Assembly: GCA_012295275.1 (NCBI GenBank)
Contig: CM022671.1
Span: forward strand, 7,440,001 to 7,504,000
DNA: 64,000 nucleotides
Reading direction: 5' to 3'
Origin: Chrysomallon squamiferum
Lineage: Eukaryota; Animalia; Mollusca
Part shown: piece by piece, positions 13,698 to 28,122 of the stretch
Layout of the letters: each line of letters begins with the position of its first letter
Numbering within the stretch: the first letter of the stretch is position 1
Position numbers and translations under genes: made by a program
Notes under the pieces: model-generated
Databases searched by the model: none
What the model saw: the letters and a program-made list of their open reading frames with translations, nothing else
What the model was told of the DNA's origin: nothing

Positions 13698-16039
13698 GGA
13701 TCATAACTAAAAACTGGATGTAATGAAACATTTAACAGAAAGAGTTGAACAAATATTTTCAGAAGTTGATATATCTTCACAGAAATAAACACATATATAA
13801 ATATATATCTTATACATATACACTCCAAAAAATGTACAAATGTATTTTTTTTTTTTTTTTACAGCTTATTATATTCTTCTCACTAAACTTGGCTCTGTTG
13901 GTGATCAAGAAGCATTAAAGATATTATTAAAAGAAAGAGGTATTTATTATTTGTAAATTGTTACCATACCAACATTATTTAAAAAAATTAATTCCCTAAA
14001 TTTCATTGTCTAACAGGCATCTCAACAGAAAGAAGCATGTTAATAAATTTAGAAATGTATGCACAGCCTACACATTAAATAATACTAATTAGTACATTTC
14101 TTTATAGCTGGTGTTGTGAGTTTAAATGTACTAGTAATTTTTTTATTTCAGAAACTATATTATCTAATTAAATCATCCAAAATTTATTTATCCTGTAATA
14201 TTATTATTATGGTTCTTTTCTTAATTATTTTTCTTTATCTATCCCACTGGTGCTAATAATATATTGTAAATATTTGTAGATACATTAGTGGTGTTCTGAT
14301 GTAATTTGTATATAGACTTTTAATACTTGTTTAATAATGATCTCATTTAAAACCTAAGTCCATACATTTTTATGTTAATATTCTTATATGTTTTGTTGTT
14401 TAATTTTATATTATTATTACTTTTTTTTCTTGTTCTTTTATTTTTTTTATTTTTACAGCTGTAAAACCTAAAGATATTGTATTCATAGTATTAAGCCAGT
14501 CAAATTCATATCATGAGAAAAGAAATGAACTTTTTAAGAAACATTTCACAGAACAGATTCAACATTTAAAAGAGGTAAAATTATATGAATTCAGTGGACC
14601 TTTCAAAGTGTAGTTAAACGAATAGCTAGTGAAATAACAATTGGAACCAATTTAACTTGGGTTTGGTATTGTGTTTGGAGTTGTGGTTATAGTTGTTACT
14701 AGTTGTCTTTTTTTAAGACAAGCTGAGAGCTTTGATCCATGGAGAAAAAGTAGTAAGAATTAGAAAACAGTTCAGTCATAAATATTCTTCTTCTTCACTT
14801 TCATATTTTATTATTATTATTAGTTTCTATGATCTTTATAATAATTGCAGTATGAATTAACATGAGTAAGAAAACATTAAAGAGTATATGAGATGGTATG
14901 AATACAATTAAATGTGCATAAAAATGTCCGTGCTGATTATGAAAAATGTAAATCCTAATGATGCTGAATTAGGATAAAACACATTATTGATGAAGTTCCC
15001 ATATCTCTTGGTTTGTCAGTTTTTATTCTGTATTTAACATAATTTACAAAGTAAAAAGAAAGAAAGTAAAAAGTAATTCATAGGGAATTAAAAATTAATA
15101 CTGCATATTATGGTTATTCACCCATCAACCATAAAATAAATAAATGTGAGTAAAAATTTACATGCTGATCATAAAAAATAAACAGTCAAAAGTGAATAAA
15201 GTATTGAAGAAGTTGCTTTGTTTTTCTGTTCATTACTTCTTTTTACATTTCTAATGTGATATCATGTTAAAAAAAAAAGAAAAAATAGAAATAAATTAAG
15301 GAAAATTACATCATCTATTTATCTCATTGGACCTGTTATATTATTACCATGCTTCATTTATTAGCAAATTTTGGTGTCAAAATGTAAAATACAGAATATA
15401 TTTAGACTGTTTATACATTTTTAGCTTCAAATTGTTTCATTATATTTGCAGGGAGAACGTCCATTGCTGTTTTTCTTGCACAAGCAATGGTCACATACAG
15501 GAGCTTATACTCTTTTTCCTTTGATCGAAGGGTAGGTTAAATTTATTAATTTATTATTATTAAAACTAGAAAAACCACAGAAAAATAGAACTAAAAAATA
15601 TAAAGAGGAGGAGCTCATGTTGTTTTTGTGTTTTTTTGTGTTTGAGTGATTGATATAAATGTAATTTTGATTGTTATTGGCTGTGATATAACTACAGGCT
15701 GCAGCAAATTCAATGACGTCTGTGAAAACTTAATAAAATTAAGTTAACTTGGTGCCCTAACTTTCTGATGAAACCCAAGACAATAGTTGCTATTAACTAA
15801 AAAAAAAAAATTAAATTAAAATTCTCAGCTCTTTATATAGATAGAGACGTATTTTTAAAAAAATTTTGTTTAAATTATTGATTTTACTGGTGTGAAATAA
15901 TTTCATTCACAGGTGGGGGTTTTTTTGTTGTTTAATTGGTATTAAGTAAAATAGTTTTAAAGTTTCTATCATTTCTGCAATATTTTTATTACATAAAAGT
16001 GAATAGATTTGCATTTACTAAAACAACAACAAACACAGC

Positions 16040-16078
<39 letters not shown>

Positions 16079-19000
16079 AATAATAATAAAATTAAAAATT
16101 AATTAATAAAAAAAACCCAAAACAACAACAACAAACAAACAGTGAATATAAAAATGCTTTGGTCTTTGTGACTTTACTGATGAAAAAGAAATTCTATCCA
16201 AAATAATTAATTACTGTATCTTGTAGCAGGTCATTAGAAAATGTTTTTACAAAACAAAATAATTGTTTTAATTCATTATGCTTCAGATTGAAAACTTTAA
16301 CTGTATTTTATATCTGACAAAATCACTATTAGACTGACTGGAGATATGATTTAAAAAAAAAAAAAAAAATAATAATAATAATATTATATTGGCAGTAATG
16401 ACAGTTAATTAGAATTTTAAAAATATAAATTTTTTTACACATATTGTAATATATTCCCTTTATAAGTAAAACAAATTGTTATTGTTGTTATTATTAACAT
16501 TTTCATTTCTGTTATTATTATGATCATTATTATTAATATAATTATTATCATACCCATGATCATCATCATTGTTATTTTTAATTAATTAAATTTTTTATTT
16601 ATTTATAATTATTGAATAGTTGTTTCTGTTACCATTTGTCATGGCAAGAAAAATAATTTGCTGGTCCACTTGAAAAAGCTACTAGCTTTGGACATCAGAC
16701 CACTGTATTCTTAAATTATTTATATTTTTTATTATAAATGAAATTCACTATTGTATTTTCATTATTTCAGATTTGCAGCAAATTTTTCAGACAAAGCATG
16801 GATGTTTTTTTGTGAAGAAGAAACAAGAATAAAACTTTCAGAATTAGTCACCTTTTTATCAGGATTTGATTATCATGAGGTGACAGCCAGTTTTATTCAA
16901 AATTATTAACACTTCTTTATGATATTTCATAATTTGTGTTTTTAATATTTAATTTTGTTAAAACTGGTAAAAATATATTTAAATCAGTGTTATATTTACA
17001 GTGTTTTACATAAAAAGAAAAAACATTAAATATATATTGTAGACTGAATCCATCATGTCTTCATAATTGCTGTTTTTGAAAAAACTGAAAATCTTGATGT
17101 CAAAAATGAAAAATTTGTGTTATAACATACCTTTTCTTTATTTGCAGGAAATTTTCATGGGGAAACTTCTTAAAGATCATGAAAGATCAATCATTCATCA
17201 TTATTACTCTTACACAGAAAACCCATCAAGATTACTGTATCCAGACCCTGCAGCAGGCATAGCCATGACCTTAAAATTGATTATAAGGTATGCATGTGTT
17301 TGTTCATTCAACATAAAGCCTGAATATATTTTTTAACTAATTATTTTGATTGTTTTTAATAATCAGTCTTTCCTAATAATAACAATGACAGTAACATAAG
17401 ATAAACATGCAGGTATTTACCTCTTTTTTTTTTTTTTTTTAATATCAATACATACAGGTATCTGTCAACAAAGACAGATATTTAAATCACTTGGTGCAAT
17501 CTGTAAATCTTCATAGCTGTTTAATTATTCTGAAGTGTCGCATCATTTACAACTCTAAACCAGCTAACTGTTATTTTATACTTGAAACATTAGCATATGA
17601 TCTCACATAATTCATAATTTGAAATCATCATCTGTTTTTAAGATGCCTCCATTGCATTATTAATATCAGTTTTCAAATAAATATTGTAAATGAAGTCATT
17701 CTCTATGAATTTTAATATTTTTTAATGTGATTTTATGTATGAACATACTGGTTATTTACATATATCCATGCCACTGTAAATAAATAGAAAATAATGTCTG
17801 TTTTATTTCTCTAATTTATTTATATTCTAACAACAGTAAAAACAACATTAGTAAAATTTTATGCAAAATTCTTTTTCAGCCTTGATAAGAGATTGAAAAC
17901 TTACAAACCAGAAATAGATTTTGTCATTGATCCAAAACATGAGGTATTTAATGTTATTTTAAAATTAAAATCAGAGTAAAACAGTAACATCAAAAGATTA
18001 TTTCATGATTATATATTTTAATGAATGAATTCACACAAATACCTTTTCTTTTTTCAAATGACCTAATCACATAATTAATTATTACTAAAAGTTGTAATTA
18101 ATTCAGAACAATGTTAAAGTTTTTAATTTATAATTTTTTGTTTATTTCCATACACAGATTTACTATATTTTTGCTAATTAGATTTATTAAAAATTTTATA
18201 CAGCCTTTGGAAAATAATAAACAAAATGAAATAACTGAAAAAGAAAAATTTTTTTAAAAAAAAAACCAGCAAAAAAATAAACAGTCAATGTGTATGTATT
18301 AGAATTAGTATTTTTTGGCTAATGTCTGAGACTAATGTATATTATGTCTGACATTTTGTGATTGTTCACTACACTGCCTAAATATTGACATGTATGAATG
18401 GCATGAATGGTTTAATGTTCTGTTAAACTATATATATTTTCAACAATTTCCTAGCTGGCTAAGTATATTCATGACAACGGAAATGGAAAACCTCTTGTAG
18501 CTGTCTCAGAATTTTGTACATCTGTAAAAGAAAACACCTGTATAACTTCACTACCTATTCGATTTCCTGACTGTGTAAGTAGGTTTACATTCATCAAAGC
18601 ATAAGTTTATAGTATTTCTTCAACCCGAAATTGTAATTTTAATATTAATAATAAATTAGAAAACAATTAGAAAATATTTTAAACTCTAAATAGAGAAGTT
18701 TATCAATATGATAAAAAATGAATTTGTTTTTGTATTTCTTGATTTGCAGAATTAAAAATATTTTTTGAGATAATGAAATTTTCTTTGCTCTGTGAATATA
18801 AGAACATTATTTTGATAAAGAAACAAAAAGTATTTTTCTTTTCAACTAATTTTAACAGTTAAATATAATTTAATTTTAAAAATAACATTTTACTACTTTT
18901 ATTTATTTATTTATTTATTTATTTATTTTTGTTATTACTTTTTTTTAATTTTTTTTTATTTTTTTAAATAAAAGTCTCTTTATTATCTTGTCTAACTTGA

Positions 19001-22000
19001 TAGGCTTCAATATTATTAATTATTTATTCAATCTAATTTTTCAGGGAAATCCAATACCTGTAGATGATCTGTTTGTTGCTGTAAAAACATGTGAGGCATA
19101 TCATAAAGAAAGAGGTAACAGTTTAAAATAAAACAACATCTACCAGTTTTAGAAAAAACCATAATCAGTTACTGGTATATTGAAATGTGTTAGTCATTCA
19201 TTCATATATTCAGTAAGTCTGTTATTTTTAATTTTTTAAAAATCAAAACATTTTTGTTTTCAGTGCCATATGTACAGAAAACTTTTGGAAAGGAGACAAA
19301 GAATATTGAGTACTACAGTGACAAAGAAGATCCTTCCATACCAACCGTAAATTTAGGAATTGAAAACACGAAAACAGGTATTATGTTCAAACAAAGAAAT
19401 GAATTTTTTTTTTTAAACATAGTTTTAGAACCATAATAGTTGTGAGTTTATTTATTATTTATTTAATATTTAAATTTTTTATGTTTTATTTGGTAATTAT
19501 TAATTATTGAATTTGGTGACTATATTCAGATACGTGTGTGTATGTTTGTTTTTGTCAGTTTGTGATTTATGCATTAATAAATTTAATCCATCTGGATATG
19601 TTCACTAATGAATGGCTGGTAATTAACACAATTACTTTTAATCAAAAATATTTTTCTTCAATTTTACAGCTTTTGTATTTAATATTAATTAAGTTATTAC
19701 TTTTTTTTGCTTATTAGTGAATTCTGTCACAAAAGCTGTTTCACTTTAAAAAAAATATATATATATATTCCTCAATTTAAAAAAATTGTATAATGATTCA
19801 AGGACACTGTGGAAAGACTTTTGCCATCTTGGAAAGATTTGTAAAAGAGAAGACTCAACCTTGGCTTTTGATATGTGATGATGACACCATTATCAGGTAC
19901 TCAAAAAAATAATTAGTTTAGATGTCTAGAATCAATTTTTTTTTTTTTTATTTGCTTTTAAAAGAAAACAGTTTTTTTTATTATTTTCATTAATTTGTTG
20001 GGGTTTTGGGGTTTTTTTTTTTTAGGATCTATGTGTTAATATCAGTAATAAACTGTATTTAAATAGTTTTTTCAGAATATATTATAATTTTTATTAGCTT
20101 TAAGCCTTTTGGCTCAATCACATACATTTGTATAAAACATCAACAGATAACAAGTGATCAGAAATGAAGGATGGGCAGTTATATTTGTGAGTTTGTGTGT
20201 GTGTGTGTGTACACACATGATATTTACAATATTGCACAGTTCTGTTCTATTTTGCACTGACAAGATCTGCACAAGTTTAAATACAGTAAAACTGACATGA
20301 ATCATATCTGTTTTTCCTTTCTGTGTCTATAATGATTTATTTTGTTTGAAATATTTAATAATGTTGTTTAGAACTATATTTGAAACTAGTTGGTTTTCTT
20401 TTATGACCTTTATGTAAATCTAGATTTATAGTAATAAGAAACATCTTAATTTCTTTCTTTCCTTTTTTCTTAATATTTATATTTGTATTCAAAATTATGA
20501 TTGACCCCTCAAACAGATGATTTTATGAGAAATAAATCAGTACTAGAATTTACAAAAAAAAAAAAAAAAAAAAACATGAAAGAAAAATACCATCTGCTGT
20601 ATTAAAACATTTTCTTTCCAGTTTGAAACGGCTGAGGAAACTCCTTGCCTGTTATAATCCAGAGGAAGTAGTTAACCTAGGTGAACGGTATGGTTATAGT
20701 GTTGTGAATCTGGAATACGATGCTGGATACAACTACATCACTGGAGGTGGAGGGTTAGTATCCATTTTCTGTATATGATAGCTGTGCTGCAGAATAACAA
20801 ACTATTACATTGAACTTCAGGTCTTATTTTTCTAAAATATTGAACATATGAACAAATAGTTGTAAAAAAGGTAATAACTTTTGACTAACTCCAATGTATT
20901 TGAACATAAAAAAACACAAAGTTCATTGAAATAATATACAATCATAAACATTTTTAAATTTTACAGCTAAATTATAAATAATACAATGTAAAATAAGTAT
21001 GGAAATTACTGTTAAATTAGCATGGAGACTTACATATGTAATATTCATAATTTAATCTTGAGAAACAACACACAGGGCTACTAGCTCACATTTATAATGT
21101 ATGACTGATACATTATTTCTCTGCAGAATGGTGTTTAGTAGACCTGCAGCTCAAATGATTATAAGTAAATGTAACTGTCCAAATATTGCCTCACCTGATG
21201 ATATGATAATTGGAATGTGCTTGCGTAATCATGAGATAGAGCTAGTACATACACCCTATATGCATCAGGTAAGTGTTTCCTTATTTCCAGTTATAAACAG
21301 ACAGTATAGGGAACATTTGCATTTGGTTTAATAGTTATCAAGTGTTCTGTATATAATGATAAGAGAACATAACCCCCATTTTTCACATATTGATTGTCAG
21401 TAAGATGTAATTTATTTTAAAATTTAAGTCGGTAGAAATCTGGTGTCTTGTTTCACTGTCTCACTATTTAGACATTTTGTACAGGTCTGCTAATTAACCA
21501 CATACCCAAATGTTAATTGAATGTTTTAAAGCATAAAAGTACAGATCTTATTCTTTGCAGATTTATAAGATTAATTATTAGTTACTTTGATTCTAAACAG
21601 TGATCAAATAATAAATTCTATTTCTTCTGGGGTTTTTAATGTTTATATGTGAAGATATTTGTCTGATGTATAACTGTAGGTTATATTAAATATTTTAACT
21701 ATATAATTGGAATAATGTTAATGTTTACACTTTCCAGAGATAAATAACATTTTCCATTTGTTATATTATTATTTCAAATTAATGTGTCTAAATAATTTGT
21801 TTCTTTTTTGCAGCATTTTATTTTTATTACCATTTTTTTATTCATTTGTTTTTGATATTTTTTACTTGTTTATTTTTTTATTTTTTATTTTAATTATTTT
21901 TTTAATTAATTAATTATTTGATTTTGTTTTAAAGGTCTATATGCAGCAAATTATAATTGATATTTTCAGGCTCGCATTAAAGATTATTGCCCAGACTTTT

Positions 22001-22116
22001 TAGCCTACAGGGACCACATCTCTTTCCACAAGCATTATGACATTGATCCAATCCAGGTTTACAAGATGCTAGATGAAGCAGATTTAAAATTAAAAATTAA
22101 GCATGATGAGTTTTAA
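12917..22116 (+). CDS. B3GLCT: Beta-1,3-glucosyltransferase (B3GLCT/B3GALTL, GT31 fringe-like), about 482 aa
   Basis: 14 exons: 12917-12962, 13865-13939, 14459-14574, 15452-15531, 16771-16879, 17148-17287, 17880-17943, 18455-18574, 19045-19114, 19264-19377, 19803-19896, 20622-20753, 21127-21268, 21970-22116 (1449 nt, in frame). Diagnostic peptides are [52 protein letters not shown] (DxD motif), GERYGY, YITGGGGMVFSR, PDDMIIG and ISFHKH. The N-terminus is hydrophobic and the protein ends HDEF*. Exon 1 is the least certain exon. Confidence 0.95.
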
Positions 22117-24714
22117 CATTTAGTCTTGTTATATACTAAATAATAATTGTCAGATGTTTGGCAAAACTTCAAAGATTTAAAAAAACAACAAAAAAAACAC
22201 ACCCATGAATATTCAAATAATCAAAATATTTTATTATAATTATCTTAATATGTGTATTTAGAATTAGACTTCACTTTCAAGTTTTTCTTAATCATGTTGT
22301 CTCTGTATTTCATTCATGTTAATAGTATTATTCATCAAAGTAGATGGGTTGAAAGTTTTCAAAAAAGTGATATCTTAATTTCTGTTTACCGAAGTACATT
22401 TCAAAATGCAACAACACTGCATTGTTTATAGGACCAGATTAACAACAATATCATTAAATCGTGTGATTACAAAATACCATTGTGATTTGTTAAATATTTA
22501 TGTATGCACAGTATATAGTGGACTCTATTTAAACCGTATTTGATTTGGGACCAGTGAAATAACCCAGACTTCTGGTATAGACATGTTTATTCTGAGTGAA
22601 AGTTCTCAGAGAAAATATGAAACTAAATAATTATTTTTTATAGGTTCTTAGTGAAATCTGTCATATTGTTTTTTACTGAAAATAAATTTCATGCAGATGC
22701 TCAGTTTTACAAGATATTAAAAGTGCAAAAGGAATGTTTATTTTTTTATTAATAAAAATACAACAAATCTACCTGTATTTGAAAAGATATTCATGTGTAA
22801 TAGCTACAAAAGAGCAGTTATTATTTCATATCAAGTTTGAGATTCAAATCATATGGGAAAAGTTATTCTTTATATATTAAAATTGCATATACTTTCAATC
22901 TGATAAAAAAATAAATAATATTAATAAAACAAAAAAATAAATAAATAAATAAATAATTTAGTTATAAGTTTGTATCTTTTTTTCTGTTTTTTTTCAGATT
23001 GGGTATATATATATTTTTTTCTATAATTTTCTAGCACTGAAATAAATATCAATTACTGATGTGTGACCATTCAGTTTTAAATAAAAATTGATTATAATCT
23101 GATATTTTAAATTACAAAGTAAAAAAGCAAAACAAAAAGCTTCACTGATTATTGTTAAATGCCATGATATTATATAATATCAACTGAACTTTTTTAGGGA
23201 GGCATTTTTAATGTATGTTGATATATTAATCCTACTTTTCAGGTTTAATAATTGTGTTCAAAATTGTATTATTTTTTTTATTTACTATATTGTAAATACT
23301 GTTATTATTTGGTTTTGTTTTTTCAAGTTAATTTTATTTTTGATGAGTAATAAATATAATTTACACTGAAATATGTTGCCAAAAGGATTAAAGGAATATC
23401 ACAGTATATAATCTCAATTTTGGTTTATTCTATTTTTACACAATAAAACATGTAGTTTCAACTTAAACTTAGTTATGTCTTCTGTTGAGTTTAAAAAAGA
23501 TAAACTATATTTAAAAACTACTAAAGTAATTTTTATTTCTTGTATTTGTTCATAAACAGTATTTTCTGATCTATAGTACCTCAGTACCACTCCCAAAATA
23601 AGAAAAGACATTAAATTGAAGTTTCAAGAGGAAAATATTACTTCACTTCAAAGTTCTTAAAACGAAAAATTACAATCAGACTTTTACATGACATACTGGA
23701 ATTATTTGCATAATGTAAACAGTATTTTACAACCCATCTTTTCCAGCAAAAATATAATTTTATTTGTTAATGTTTTTGTTGATAATAAATAACATATACT
23801 TTTTTTAAATTTATTTTATTTCACTACAAGAAATTCCATCTGCAGTTTGTCACACCTTTTTGGTTTCTTAAAAAAAGACAACAAACGACAAATGACAGTA
23901 AATGTGCAATTTACTTTCAAATAAATATTCAAAATCTTCACCTATTTACACATTTATTAAAGTTAAATAAATAGTACTTCACACATCCATTCATAATTTT
24001 CCAACATGTTCTACCCATACAAGTTACAACTGAACACCTTCAACTCGATCGCATTTGCACATTTCATAAAATCAAGGATGACGAACTATATATATGTATC
24101 GATAATAAAACGACAAAATTCTTACATTTCAAATTGCTAAAACAAAAGCAAATATCTACACACTGTATATATATATACACATTAATATTTCACATTAAAT
24201 ATTGTGTCAACCTACAACAAATGGATTGTTAAGGATGAAATGGACCTACTTGTGCAAGGGAAAGAAATTTAAAATATTTGCACCGAAACAAACAAAAAAT
24301 CTATTGTGCTGAATTGTTTAATTAGCTGCAGGTGAAACAAACTACTATGGCACATCTGTTAATACAATGATTAAATAAAAAATAACAAACTAGAAGAAGT
24401 GAAAATGCTTTAGTTTACAGAGATAATGAAAAAGCAGTTTCACAAAGTGATGAATTAATAAATGTGTTAATAAAGAAATGTTTAAAATTAAAACAATGAA
24501 AGGTATTTGAAAAGATGTTTGTATCCATAGTGTTTTCTTGTGTGTTAGTTAGAACCAGCACAATACCAGGGCAAAAATAATAAATGATTTATCAAAACAA
24601 AAAACTGGCAATTAAATGCTTGGATATGAAAATGTACAGATCACTAGAGTAAATATAAATGAGCAAACACTGATAAAAGATGATAATATTACCATGATTA
24701 AGCAAAAGTATTAA

Positions 24715-25190
24715 ACAAAACATGTATGATTACAGAGATATCAAGCTGACTGGATTGTTTAATTCAGTCTAAGTTAACAATGATAAAAACAAAATAAATC
24801 ATAAATAAAGAAACAAAACTTGTTAGATTTTAAAGATATCAATTTCACTGGATTAAGATATCAAGTTGAACTGGATTATTAAATCCCACTAAGTAAACAT
24901 TGATGAAAACATGACTATGATTAAAAACAAAAACAAAATATATCAGAAATGAGAAATAAACATGTTAGATTATAAACATATCAAGTTCACTGGATTAAGA
25001 TATCAAGCTGACTGGATTGTTTAATCTGGTGTAAGTAAACATTGATAAAACATTACTTTGACCAAGCCAAAAACAATTTGAAATATGAAATAAACATGTC
25101 AGATTGTAAACATATCAAGTTCAGTGGATTAATATATCAAACTGACTGGATTATTTAATCCATTATTTGTAAACAGTGATAAAAACAGTA
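24715..25190. repeat. Degenerate tandem repeat, unit about 100-140 bp, 4 copies, with an internal ~21-bp duplication
   Basis: CATGTTAGATT..ATATCAAGTTCACTGGATTAAGATATCAAGCTGACTGGATTGTTTAATC..GTAAACATTGATAAAAC recurs near 24737, 24835, 24977 and 25111. Confidence 0.8.
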
Positions 25191-26979
25191 AAGGCAAATG
25201 TTAAAGAAATTCTGTGGAGTAGGCACATACACAGGACATGAGTAATGTAAAACATACAAATCATTGAAAGACTATTTATCTAGACAAAAACCTGTGACTT
25301 AAAATACAGATACACTACAGTGATAAAGTAAATACATGACTTTTTAAGTTAATTGTTGAATATGATGTAAAAAGTTTAGTAAATAAAGTTAAAACAATTT
25401 CTAAAATTTGTTTAAACTTCAGCTTATAAACGTAAATACAATGATACTAAATTAAACTATGACCAGACTTCAGTAAGTAAAAATATATTTTTTTTCCTAA
25501 TTTAAGTAAACTTTACCTTAATAAATAAAATTATTACATGTAGCTAAGAGAACAAAAAAAAAAAATAAAATAAAAAAATCTTGCAATAAATATAAATGCA
25601 ATGCTGTCTGTTAATTTAACTTAAGAAATAAAGTCACAAAAGGATTTTGTTTTTGTATTAACTATATCTTAGTAAAGAAACAAAAGTACAATGGGCATTT
25701 GGCTAAAGTTAAATTTTAGCTTGGTAGACAAACATGTTTTGCCAAAGTAAATAAACTTTAGCTCACAAAACAAGCAAGGTGAATATATTTCTTTAGTCAC
25801 AGGTATCAACACTTACAATAAAGTGTAATATCACATTTGTACATTGAAAGCTTTCTAAGCTGAAGTAACATCACAAAACATACAGCAAATGCATTAGAGA
25901 AATCTCTAATGAATGATACAAATTTCTGTAATGAATAAAATGTTATCTGAAATTCTATTCTGAGTAAGCAATTATTTAAAGTAAACTACACAAAAAAACA
26001 ACTTGCACATACACCAAAAACGTTAATAATAATGAAACCTATATTCAGTGTCGTATTACTTCAGTGAGGATACAAAATAAGTAAATGAAGAATTAATAAC
26101 AGTAAACATGTTACTATGTTACTAAACAAATTCTGAAGAAAGAGAAATGAAATACTGTTATTTTATAATTTGGATTAAGATGAAATTATTTACAAATTTT
26201 GAAATGAGACAGAAAAAAAAAAAAAAAAAAAAAAATAACAAAGCAGAAAAAGCCAAATGGCTGTAATGGTGATTCTTAAAGATAAGTTTATTAACAAAGC
26301 TCCTGCAAAACTTTAAATATTTTATGCTAGGAAAATGTATTTTTATATAACATGATGAGGAAGTTTTTAGGAAATTTCGTAATTTTATTTACAAACAGTG
26401 ATAATGTTTTGAGTGTTTCCAAACTGATAATAAATACTGCTACAAAGCCTGCAATATACTAAGCAATACACAAGATCAATTTGTTTTAATTAATATCAGT
26501 TAAGTTGTAATTAAAAAGTAATCATAAAAATTCAAAAACAGTATGAAGATGCTAAACTATTTTTTGGTTGAATGTCAATTAATATTTAGACATAATATCA
26601 GAGATGATAAATGTAAACTGTAATGTTTTTATAGACAAATGACATTAAGTATGATAATATATACAATATCCATTAATACTTCATTAAAATAAAACAACCT
26701 ACATAATGATTAATGAACTGTATTGTCTGCAGATTAATAGTTATGTGTGTAAGGTCCTGAATCATTAAAATATTGGAAGAAATCGCAGTAATAGCTATTA
26801 CACAGCTGGTGAATTAATGTGACATAAAATTACACTTTCTAGGAAAAAAACATTAAGTTAGGACAATATTTTACAATTACAGACAACACTTAAAAGAAAC
26901 CCCAACAAACAACATTTTATCAGAAATACAAAGACTCGTTTAAATGCCATCTGATAGGTGAATATAAAACATTTAGTAG

Positions 26980-27205
26980 GGAAATATAGGATTTAATATG
27001 TGTTTTATTAAGATGCAAATACAACATTGAATATGATGTTAAATAATGGGCAAAAGGGGGACTGAATATGATGTTATTTAATAGGTAAATACAGGAGTGA
27101 ATGTGATGTTATTTAACAGTACAGTATAGGATTGAATAAGATTTTATTTAACAGCCAAATACAAAGTTGAAGATGATGTTATTTAATAGGCAAAAACAGG
27201 ATTGA
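26980..27205. repeat. Minisatellite, unit about 35 bp, about 6 copies
   Basis: Repeating TGAATATGATGTTATTTAATAGGCAAATACAGGAT variants. Confidence 0.8.
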
Positions 27206-27627
27206 CAGAAAAGTCTGAACTGACTAGATACCAGTGGAACAAATAAATCAAAGAAACAAATATAGATATTAATTTAAATTAAATAACATAAATGAAATGG
27301 CAGTTTTAAAAAAAATAGTAATGGAACAAAACATATTTAGCTGTAGTGTAAATCAGAATTTTATAATTATTTTTTAAAGGAATCTAAAAATCATAGCTCA
27401 CATCAATACATTTTTATTTTACTAACAATCTGAAAATAACAACAACAATAACAACAACATAGCAACCATAACCAAAACAAGCACTAATAATTAAATGTAA
27501 CATATATTTTAACCCATGTTTAAAAATATACATACATACATACATATACATAATACATAAACACTGAACATCAAAACACATTAAAACATAAATTATTAAA
27601 AACCAACAGTCAATACTAAACACTCAG

Positions 27628-27842
27628 ATAATAATAATAATAATAATAATAACAGCAGTAATAATAATCATGTTTATAATATTAATAATAATAATAATAA
27701 TGGCAGTAATAATAATAATAAAAATATTAACTGCAATAATAATAATAATATTAATAATAATTATAATAATAATAATAATAATAATCAAAATAATAACTTC
27801 AGTAATAATAATAATAATCACAATCATGATCATAATCACAAT
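27628..27842. repeat. Imperfect (AAT)n microsatellite
   Basis: Directly visible; gives poly-Ile pseudo-ORFs. Confidence 0.9.
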
Positions 27843-28122
27843 GAAAGGTCATGGTTGTCACTCAAAATGATATGAACTAATAAAACTAAAAATAAATTAA
27901 AATATTATTGCCCAGGTTTCTCACCCTGTTTCTACTGTAGACTCTAATCTTTCAATACTAATATCTTTCTAGTTGCATTCTTTAGCTGTACTGAAGTTGT
28001 TTTGTTTTTTTTTGGTAAATTTTGTTATGTCCATCAGTTTGTATTTCTGTACAGAACTTAATGAATTTTCTACATTTTGGTTTGGGTTTTCTGTTTTTGC
28101 TGATAATCCCTCAACACACAGA

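Noticed and set aside
19795-19803. AAG acceptors (B3GLCT exon 11; ULK exon 23 at 30868) as non-canonical splicing
   Set aside because: Still GT-AG introns. AAG is a known minor acceptor class and both keep frame.
22514-22730. Possible Tigger/pogo-like MITE relics (also near 31540-31684 and 42950-43056)
   Set aside because: Only one plausible terminus in each case and no matched TIR pair or TA TSD could be confirmed.
27624-27870. Poly-Ile ORFs on both strands
   Set aside because: (AAT)n repeat artefacts.
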